NCBI GenBank assembly: GCA_951406725.2
Contig: OX597832.1
Coordinates: 8,494,001 to 8,558,000 of the forward strand
Direction of reading: 5' to 3'
From: Octopus vulgaris
Lineage: Eukaryota
Length of the DNA: 64,000 nucleotides
Below the pieces are notes generated by a model. The model was not told the origin of the DNA and ran no database searches. It was given only the letters and a program-made list of their open reading frames with translations. Below are positions 54,661-64,000 of this stretch, piece by piece. Position numbers and translations under genes: made by a program. The stretch's first letter is position 1. The number at the start of each line of letters is the position of its first letter.

Positions 54661-55062
54661 TGTAAGGGCTTTTAAGCTACTAACGAGTTGAAGTGTTAAA
54701 CGCTGGAGAAACAAGCTTTGACAGGTGATTGGCAAGAATGCGTGCTTTCGCCCTGTTTTTGTTATCAACTTTGACAACAGGGAAGCTCTCCAATGGAGGA
54801 TATATATTTATTCTTGTATGCATACCCAAAAAGAGATTCTCTAATCTGACACTTAGGTAGGCCTATTATCAAGATAGTATATCCATAAGTAGATTCATTT
54901 ACTTGACTCTCACCAGAGAGACGTGTTTCAGGGAGCGCAGCTATGTCAAGGGACTATTTCTTGAGCTCACAAGCAATAAGTAAAGTACGCCTTTCTGTCC
55001 ACTTGTTGAAATTATCATCAAGAAGTCTGCGCACATTCCAACAACCGAAATTCAAGGGATGT
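54660..55062 (-). mobile_element. RTE-clade LINE apurinic endonuclease N-terminal relic
   Basis: [14 protein letters not shown]...TERRTLLIACELKK*SLDIAALPETRLSGESQVNE..GYT matches RTE WNVRTL / ERRTALVARELARYNIDIAALSETR. Confidence 0.85.
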
Positions 55063-55121
55063 TTACGTTAACGTTGTGTTGAAGATTGTTACATATATGT
55101 ATATATACATACATAGACATA

Positions 55122-55175
<54 letters not shown>

Positions 55176-55239
55176 TGTGTGTGTGTGTATATATATTTAC
55201 ATATAAGTATATCTATCTATGTATATATATATATATATA

Positions 55240-55790
55240 TATAGTAATAGAAAAGATGAATTTCGATTATCCCCAAGTGGTGAGATGTAATGTATATAAG
55301 AAATTAAATAGGGAAAATACGCACACTTACATAGTTTTGATATAATTTTTAATATATCTACCGGTTTCGCTATCGCTATTCATGATATTATGTTTTACTT
55401 ATTTAAATATATATTTTTTCTTAAGAATAAGTTTTGTCCTTGTTGTGTGTGATGAAGTTCACGAGTGAATGCCTTCACAAGTAGATAAAGGGAGGTAATT
55501 GGTTGTCGTTATTATTGTTATTGTTGTGGGTAAGGGAGAAAACTGTTCAGCTTTCGGTAATGGGTGGGGATTATATATGTGTTCAGACAGAGACAAGTTT
55601 CAAAAACCTTGTTTAGTAGGGGATTTATGTACCATGATGTAATCGTGAATTGAAATATGTAAAAATATAAAAGTTGGTTATGAGTGCATATTAAGACGTG
55701 TTTTGTATTTTTCAATGAAAAATGTTTCTTTACTTAAACGTTCTAGTTGAGAGATTGCGTCTTTGCACTCACTCGGTCTGTGAGTAAAAA
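55240..55790 (-). mobile_element. Penelope-like element extreme 3' end with hammerhead motif
   Basis: Minus strand DAISQLERLSKETFFIEKYKTRLN resembles the Penelope GIY-YIG C-terminus (RxxKExxFIxKxKPxLN); hammerhead motif downstream at 55354-55388. Confidence 0.55.
55354..55388 (-). ncRNA. Minimal hammerhead ribozyme-like motif with A3-U8 core variant
   Basis: AUAUC-AUGAAUA-GC(GAUA)GC-GAA-ACCGGU-A-GAUAU, with a perfect 5 bp stem I, palindromic stem III and a GUA triplet. Confidence 0.6.
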
Positions 55791-57338
55791 CTTTTGGCAA
55801 TTCTGATACTGAGCATTCGTCCGTGTTATAACAATAAAATTGTGGACTACGTTATGAACTATTATTATGTTTATGCTATAACCTTATTTTTATAAAATCA
55901 AACTAGTGGTTCTTATAAATAAAATAAAATAATACCTATTTATTTCAAATAATTTTTGTAGTTTTGGTTATTGAAAATCTCAATTTTAAAGAATGTATTT
56001 ATTCATAAATTGCACGGTACTCATTAGAGTCTCAGAACATACGATTCTGCACACATAATTTCTTCATATTGATCGAACATGTGTGTCGCACATTAGTCGA
56101 GTGTGTCCATCATAGAGATTTTATCTGTATAGGTGCGATGGTGTGTCACACCATCAATGACAAAATAACCGCAGGGCAACGTGCGATGAGGCACTTTGTT
56201 CAACAACACACATCACCATTCGGTCAAGGAATCGAAGCGCTTACTCAATAAATCTATAATATTTAAAAATTAGCATTCAATGACAATATTGTTCTCACAT
56301 ATTGGCACGAGGACAGGAATATTGGAGTAGGAAGTAGGGCGATTACATCACCCTCAGTGATCCATTGCTACGTATTTCAAGGACCATGAAAAGATAAATG
56401 GTAAAGTCAACCTTGGTGGAATTTGATCTTTTAAAAATGGACGAGATACCGCTAAACAATTTTTCCGTTAGGCTAATTATTTTTCCAGCTCTCTACCTTA
56501 TTTTGTGACACTCTTAAACATCTAACTGTATAAAAGATATTCTTACCAATGTTACAATTTAAATTTTCTGGCCTATGTTTTATATATATATGCACTTCTC
56601 AACTGTGATTCGACTGAAACAACGGCTTGGTTGGTTCAACTCGAGCCTCGGAATATTTAAACTTGATAATAAAAGCATATAAAGATAGGTGACATGAATG
56701 ATCAAACTGCAGTGTTGATCGTAATACAAGAAAATTGATATTATCTGTTTATATTCTGGAGAAAATCTAAATGTAGAACTGCGATTCTCGACCATGTGTT
56801 TGCAAAACATGCGATATATAAATAGATAGCTTTTCTGGGCTGAAGAAATAAAGAAATGTTGATACTGTTTATATTATAATAGGCGATATTGCTTCAGGGG
56901 AAAATACCAAGAATAACGTTAAAGGACAAATATGATTGTAAAAATATACGTATTGTTTTTCAATGGAATATAAGTGAGAATGTTTTGTTCATGTAGTCGA
57001 ACATAGAAATCCATTTCAACACTGTTACTTATTTCTATTTAACCAGAGACGTATGTCTTCTTGAGCGGAATTTGAAATTTGATTAATATTGATCTGATGT
57101 AAATATAGCGAAGATCTTGTCGGCGCTGTATAATATCTACAAATTGCACATCATCCACGTTTTAAAATATGATATCTATCACAATAAGGCAAATAATACG
57201 CTGCTTTTCAATATATTTTCATAATCAATCCGTGAATTTTACAATAATCGATATCTAGTTATTTTTGGTGTATACACACACACACATATATATACCTACA
57301 CATATATAGGTACTTATATGTATATATTTGGTATTTGC

Positions 57339-57377
<39 letters not shown>

Positions 57378-58431
57378 CGTGCGTGTATATGTGTGCGCGC
57401 CCGTATGCATGTGTTTGTTATGCGTCCTTTGCACTCTATGTTTTAATCACGCTATTGTCAACTTTAGGCTTCCATTTTGTGGGTGGTGATAATAAAAAGC
57501 ATCGATCAAGAACAGTGATTGATTTAATGGGCTGCTGATTTATTGAAGCCTGCAATGTTCTAGTATGTTACGTTAGCGCTAAAATGACTGTTCATCTATG
57601 CGTTTCGGATGGCAGGTAAAATTCTACACTGTTGCAGTTCATTGCCAACGCCTTAGTATTATCTAACTATAATACCTTGTGTTGCTTAGAACACTGCCCT
57701 TCTCACACACACAATCATCATAAACACACATAGACGCCAACATTGAAATATACACACATTTGCTCTCTTCCTCTGTCTCTCTGTCTCTCTCTCCCCATAA
57801 TAACGAACTCCATTAACTGATAAAACGGATAACACCGAGAAGATACTTATACAGTTTCTGCTGCATTATTCTACGTGTTTTAATTCCAAGAAACCCAATT
57901 TTGCCGCTTATCATTTGGGAAACAATTTAATAACTTACCATCTGAAGACCTTTATATATGTTAGAATATATATTCACCTGCAAGATTATAGCCTTGGACC
58001 TATACGCTGTCAGAATCAATATTACTATTTTAAGGCTTTGGATGAGCAGAAGAGATTATAAAACGTGAGTTATATACATTATTGAATAACCTCTTTGTAG
58101 TTTGTCAGATAGAACCTAACAAGGAAGGAATCGCCTTTCTTACAGCGGTGGCTGAATACACTAAAATATACAGTAGTTACGTACTTCGTAAAAACCTGAT
58201 GAGACAGTCACATTCGTTCTAGTCTTTATTTGGCGATTATAATATTTAATTTATAAGGCGTCATATTTGCAGAGTCTTCAAGAAGTAATAAATTACTTCG
58301 CGGTATTTGCTCTCATGCGTTGTTTTCATTTTATATCTCATTTAGTTAAACCTTACCTCTTATAATTCTGAGATCTACAGATAAAGTAACAAGGCAGGAG
58401 AAATATATAAAGAACCAGTAGAATGGTATAC

Positions 58432-58636
58432 GTGGAGGCGCAATGGCCCAGTGGTTAGGGCACCGGACTCGCTACATTTTGTCCGTCTTCACGTCCTCAG
58501 TTCAAATTCTACATAGGAGGATTTTGTCTTTCACCATTTCGCGATCGATAAAATAAGTACTAGCTGAACACTTGATTCGATGTAATCGACTTACCAGCTA
58601 CCCCATCTTGACGGTCTTGTGCCAAAATTTGAAAAC
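58432..58636 (+). mobile_element. Chimeric SINE: head of the 4211/26916 family joined to a Meta-domain SINE body
   Basis: GTGGAGGCGCAATGGCCCAGTGGTTAGGGCACCGGACTCGC, then TCCGTCTTCACGT...GTTCAAATTC...TCGATAAAATAAGTAC...CTTGTGCCAAAATTTGAAA. Confidence 0.7.
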
Positions 58637-58883
58637 ATTGTTATGTATATATTAATACGTTAAAGCTAAATGGGTTAATATGTCGCGTTAATTGAAGCCG
58701 AATGTGTTAATCTGTCACGTTAGTTGAAGCCGGATGTGTTGATCTGTCACGTTAGTTGAAGGGAAAGGCAAGGATCGAACTTGCCGATCTTGCGCCAAAA
58801 TTTGAAAACATTATTATGTATATGTTAATACGTTGTAGATGAATGGGTTAATCTGTCATGTTAGTTGAAGGGGAAGGCGAAGG
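58616..58883 (+). repeat. Local two-level duplication: two units, the first containing 3 x 32 bp tandem subrepeats (58669-58762)
   Basis: CTTG.GCCAAAATTTGAAAACATT.TTATGTATAT.TTAATACGTT occurs at 58616 and 58788; the subrepeat is AATGTGTTAATCTGTCACGTTAGTTGAAGCCG. Confidence 0.85.
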
Positions 58884-59566
58884 GCAAACGGAAAAGAAGA
58901 GAGGCTTCAAACTCTTACGTGATTAGAAAGTTAGTCGAAGGGAGTGATATGCAGAAGGAGACTTATAAATACAATAATTATAAAAGGGTTTTGCTTTACT
59001 CATGTTTTATGACTGTTTGTAGCAATTTTACTTACTTCCGAGTTAGATGTCCCTGTGTTCATATGGTGGTTTTTTGATAGTAGCTTTCTAGTTGACTAAT
59101 ATATCTAATACGTTCAATTTCTTTATATGTATAACCTTTCTATGTCAAATTTTTGTTGGTTAATCCTAAATTCCGTCGTTATTTTTCTTGATTTCTATAT
59201 AGCTTGGTAAATTAATTTAGTGTCTAATTAAGGATATACTTTCTGTAACTTAAAAGTGGGACAGCTAGAGTGTTCATACCTATTATCGTGTTTTTCGCAT
59301 TAGGTTCTGATTGAAATATAATGCTAACACGACTATAGTATTACTTCCTTATACTCTCTATCACTTTTAACTGATGTAACGTATCTAGTCTATTGATTCC
59401 TAACGATTTGTGTTTGGGTTTGGTGTAATTCTTTTATTTAATTTTATTTAGTGTAATATTGTTAGTCTTAACTAACTTTCCTCTTTTCAAATTTGTCGGG
59501 ACACATTTTACTAAGCCAATTTTCATGTTTACTATTTTGGTAAATGCATGCACTGTAGTAATGTTT

Positions 59567-59569
<3 letters not shown>

Positions 59570-59599
<30 letters not shown>

Positions 59600-59675
59600 C
59601 TTCTTCTTCTTCTTCTTCTTCTTCTTCTTCTTCTTCTTCTTCTTCTTCTTCTTCTTCTTCTTCTTCTTCTTCTTC
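59570..59675. repeat. (CTT)n microsatellite
   Basis: Read directly from the sequence. Confidence 0.98.
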
Positions 59676-60390
59676 CCATCATCATTATTGTTATGTGTGC
59701 TTAAAAATATGCATACAGAAAAAATATCTTCATCTTTTGTGACATAAGTTACTAACTGAAGTAGTTCTTTAGATTACGATTGTATAGATACTATCTAATA
59801 TTTCATATATCTAGAAAGAAAAATGAAGAAAGCAGGCAGCATTTGTCAGAAAACGAGAACTATGTTAAAATGTAGGCGCTAAAACTGATCCGAAATGACA
59901 TGTATATTAGAAATAATTATTCAGCAGAACTCCTTGGGATAGAGAGCCAAAGGAACAGAATGGAACCTTGGCGAGTATTACTAGATTTGTGCCGACAATT
60001 CAAATAACGGTTGTTATCTCGTTTATGTATATATTCAGCAATAATATGCAGTTAAAGTGTTAGAATTAATTTGAAATTCAAATCAGCCTATTCCACTCAG
60101 GTTAAGAATCATGAGAAGTTAAAGGTTATGTTCAATATTTAAATATGCTCACAAAATACAGCTGGACGTTTATTTTTGTTATACAACAATTTAAGATAAA
60201 TTGTATTTAAAACAAAAAGAAACATGCTTGAGGGGAGGGGAAAAGTAGACTTGGTTGGAAATATCCTTCTGACAACAGTATCAGCATCGCACCTAATATT
60301 TACCATTTTTCCATTACCTTTTCACAAAATGCTTCATGTCAAAATGACACAAATACCGCCTTTACATGTTTAAAGTATATCCAAACAATA

Positions 60391-61788
60391 CGAGCTTTGA
60401 TCAATAAGTATCAGGACTGTTGCCATGGTAATCAAACTAAAACACTCAAAGTAAGGCCGCTTGGCAAAGATTGACCTCGAACTCTGCTGTGCATGCGCAC
60501 TAAGTTTTAACACTGTAGCTAAAAGTCAACCATTTCTAGCACTTATACAGCAACTTACATATACACTTTGAAATCCAGCAAGGTATGAAACGACATTTAT
60601 TTCGATATACGTCAAGAGTTTCAAACAAAAATCTGCGCTTCATCTGAAAAAGAGTTTGTCCACGGAAACCTCTCGTTTGAGACGGAAGGTCGGAACTTCG
60701 TTGATCTATTGAAATTTTTAAAATACTCTTTAACATTCGTTCAACTTCGTCTGATCGTTAAAAAATAGCCTTCTGCCTGCGCAAAGTTTCAGTATTATTG
60801 AAGTTTATTCAAGTAGTTCAATCAATTTTGTAGCCACGCAATGCCGTTTACCACAGTAAAATTTTACACGTAATTGCAATGAAATTAACACTTACGTGGT
60901 TTGATCAATAGGTAAACAGACTGTTGTCAAAGTAACGAAGCTAAAGCAGGCATTGTAAAGCTGCTTGACACATATTCACGTTGAGCTCTGTGGTGCATGC
61001 GCACTAAGTTTTAGCGTTCTGACTCAGTTTTCAGTTTACAGCTGTGCTTTGAAGGAAGCTGTGTGCATCGTGATTCGTCGTATTGATCATGACAAAGAAA
61101 GTTGAGCAGAATATCTGCTTCAAAGTATGCCAACAGTATGGCAATACCTACTCAGAGGCCTATGCAAAGTGTTCAAAAAGATTTTGTCGCTCTCGACACC
61201 ATCAAGGAGATATTGTGCAATTAAAATCCGAGTGTCTTTTCGGTCAGCTGAAAGTAGTTTTGGCACAAACTCGGCAGACTCAAATCTCATAGGTAAATCT
61301 TCAGTGATAATGGACTGCGCTGAACCGTAACTAATCTGCACATCCTTTGATAATTCACGGATGGTGATTCGACGATTTCCCCTCACAGCTGCATGCACAT
61401 CTGTGATGTATTTCTCAGGTCTACTAGTTGCGAGTTTCCCAGAACATTCGCGAATATCGACAGTTTTCGGCCATCTTTTAAACGTATGTACCACTAGTAC
61501 ACTTGTGTGTGGCTTATACACTCCTATCCGTACACTTTCTACAAAACTGCGTAGGCCTCTGAGCAGATATCGCCATGACAAATTTGTCAGACATGGCCAA
61601 TGCGACGATTACACTCACCACACGCTCATTCCAAGCACTGCTGTAAACAGCGGATGTGAACTACAGCGTTAAAACTTTGTGCGCACGCACAGCAGAGTAT
61701 AAGGTCAATCCTTGTCAAGCGGCCTTACTTTGAGTGCTTTAGTTTGATTACTATGGTAACAGTCCTGATAGTTATTGATCAGATCTCG
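60391..61788. mobile_element. Composite non-autonomous mariner structure with roughly 130 bp inverted termini flanked by TA
   Basis: 60391-60520 resembles the reverse complement of 61660-61788. Minus-strand transposase at 61170-61600 (DVHAAVRGNRRITIRELSKDVQISYGSAQSIITEDL...FVPKLLSAD). A third, more diverged 5' end at 60895 leads to plus-strand MTKKVEQNICFKVCQQYGNTYSEAYAK. A Tc1-like FSDEA fragment lies at about 60540-60860 on the minus strand. Confidence 0.8.
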
Positions 61789-61813
61789 TATTATTTGGAT
61801 ATACTTTAAACAT

Positions 61814-62150
61814 GTGAAGGCGCGTGGCTCAGTGGTTAGAGCGTCGAGCTTACGATCATGAGGTTGTGAAATCGAATCCCGGATAGGGCTGCGCGTTGTG
61901 TTCTTGAGCAAGACAATTTAGTTCGCGTTGCTCCAGTTCACTCAGTTGTAGAAATGAGTTTCGACGTCATAGGTGCCAAGCTGTATCGGCCCTTTTGCTT
62001 TTCCCTTATATAACAATGGTGGCGAGGAGAGGGGAAACCAGTATGCATTGGCGACTGTTGGTCTTCCATAAACAACCTTGCCCGGACATGTGCCTGAGAG
62101 GGTTACTTTCTAGGTGCAATCCCATCGTCAGTCACGACCGAAGGATGTCT
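61814..62150 (+). mobile_element. tRNA-derived SINE, full length
   Basis: GTGAAGGCGCGTGGCTCAGTGGTTAGAGCG (A box), ATCGAATCCCGG (B box) and central TTGTGTTCTTGAGCAAGACA...GTTGCTCCAGTTCACTCAG. Confidence 0.85.
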
Positions 62151-62911
62151 CAGCACTTTAAACATACATAAATCAACTATGGTATTTACACCTACATACT
62201 TGAGTAACCTAAAACCATAAATGTCATATTAAAGCGGTTTTCCAATTCAACACCAAGGAGCACGGGTTAGTGGTTAGAATATTGCACTCAAGATCAGGCA
62301 GTTACTACAAAACACTATCTCACGTTTTACTGTGATAACGTCACACTCGATCTGTAGAAAACTGAGCGCGTGTTCAGCATCAGCGATCTGATAAGGGGAT
62401 TGTGCTATTGTAGAGCACATATATTTGATCATTAAAAACACATCATTTGTTCAGGCTATTCAGCCGTAACATTTACATTCGAACATTTAAAAAATGCATA
62501 CAATAATTTGTTCATTTGGAAAATCATTAGAATACTGACTGATCATTTTATAATTTTCTTTCCACATTAATCAGTTGTCACTTGTAAAATATGTTCATAA
62601 CTTTGAAATCTCAACTCAAATGTTAATGCTGTTATCAAAGATGGTGAGATCGTGAAACTGATGCACTTTGGCTTCCAATAATTATTCTGGCTTTTTCATT
62701 CTGATTGCATCACTTGCTATATATTGGTCAAAATAATCACCGGTTAAGTTGGTGCGCTTTCCTATAGATTAACATCGGTGACCTGGAGAAGGGGGAGGGG
62801 TCTGTCATGTATGATTCATCGCCACATTTTTTCAAACCATCCTAACCAGGCCATCATATGTTTGATATGATACATGATGAAACCTGACGGATGAATGCAC
62901 CTATATAAATG

Positions 62912-62946
<35 letters not shown>

Positions 62947-63013
62947 GTTCGTCTCTCTCTCTCCCTGTTTGTCTCTCTCTCTCTCCCTGTCTGTCTCCCT
63001 TTGTATACATATA

Positions 63014-63224
63014 TTCAAAATGTGACCGCGTGTGTACCGTTGGCGATTTGTTTCCCTCTGTCCTCCCTTCTCTGGATCTTTCCTTCTCCTGTGTCTCCGA
63101 CGAAGAGCTCCGCTCGAAACGTTAAACCCTCCTTCTTTCCTTTTTTCCTGAACGACCAATAATACTATATTTGCTCCATGTCCTCGCGTTGTTGTGTTTT
63201 TTGTGCTTTCTTGTTTGGATTAAC
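63014..63224 (+). mobile_element. Third copy of the roughly 200 bp hammerhead-bearing repeat (family of 18952-19152)
   Basis: Collinear with 18952-19152. Motif GTCT-CCGACGA-A-GAGC(TCC)GCTC-GAAACGTT-AAAC at 63093-63127, with (TA)n following. Confidence 0.75.
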
Positions 63225-63265
<41 letters not shown>

Positions 63266-63270
63266 GCATA

Positions 63271-64000
63271 CAGGGCACGATGTGTATATTGTTGCCCTTT
63301 TAGAGCTTTAACTTCGGGCATACACATTGTTTGATTTTGATTTTGTCTAATAGATAGTATAGTACGGTCAGTTGGGCACCGTCTGTGAAACAAACAGCCC
63401 CATGACGCAATTCCCTCTTTCAGAAATTTGGAAACGACATGCTGTATTGCTTGGCATTCGCGCCGGATGCTGCAATACGAATATTTCGGATTTGTGTCAA
63501 ACTGAGGACAGTGCATAAATATTCACAAAGAGTTGGATAAGTGTAATGAACTCTGATCGTTTTGATGAGAAAAGAACTCCTGAATTTGTTGGTGAGATCC
63601 ATTCCATGATTGACAAGGATCCCTCCAAGTCAATCAGGTCTATCGCCAAGGACATGGGAATGTCTGAGTATCTTATCAGTTAGGTAGCGCAAGAATACAT
63701 TCGGTACTCCTCATACAAGATGAAAAAGGGCCAATTTTTATACCAAGCCATCAAGGACAAGAAGAAAGACCGCGCTACAAAGCATTTGACAAAACTCAAC
63801 TATTCCCTCCAACGCAACCTGTTTTTGGTTTTCTTGGACGAGAAAAATATTTGCCAGAATCAGATGATGAACATCCAAAACATCCGTTGGCTTACTTTGT
63901 CCCCAAAACATCTACCGAGAATGGTAAACACCAAACACCCAGTCAACATCTTGGTGTTTGGAGTGATCACTAGTGATGGCGGCTTTATACCTCCATTCGT
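63271..64000 (+). mobile_element. Tc1/mariner superfamily (maT/DD37D-like) transposase pseudogene, running off the window end
   Basis: TA-CAGGG start, then RTPEFVGEIHSMIDKDPSKSIRSIAKDMGMSEYLIS*VAQEYIRYSSYKMKKGQFL...FLDEKN...NIQNIRWL...TKHPVNILVFGVITSDGGFIPPF. Confidence 0.85.

Noticed and set aside
58669-58762. 32 bp repeats as a CRISPR array
   Set aside because: The repeats are directly adjacent with no spacers, there are no cas genes, and the context is eukaryotic.

Overview
This window is AT-rich, microsatellite-saturated eukaryotic DNA. Its SINE families and very dense (TA)n/(TATC)n/(CA)n tracts point to a cephalopod (Octopus-like) intron or intergenic region; that assignment is an inference. 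I can support no host protein-coding gene, rRNA, true tRNA or CRISPR array, and most ORFs in the track are translated microsatellites. The recognisable content is transposon-derived: a young 5'-truncated CR1-type LINE with an intact 516-codon RT frame (49138-50688, minus), two decayed R4/Dong-type LINEs, an L1/Tx1-like ORF1, an RTE endonuclease fragment, a scrambled BEL/Pao relic, several Tc1/mariner relics, Penelope-like (GIY-YIG) fragments and many tRNA-derived SINEs. The most notable signal is about ten minimal hammerhead-ribozyme-like motifs spread over several unrelated (TA)n-embedded repeat modules. One has a canonical core, one has a compensatory A3-U8 core pair, and one family shows stem-I covariation with a U4C core. 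Also notable are a roughly 1 kb virus-like AT-rich island with tandem paralogous mini-ORFs and a roughly 300 bp locally templated insertion. All calls were made by eye without alignment tools, and boundaries of decayed elements are approximate (tens of bp).
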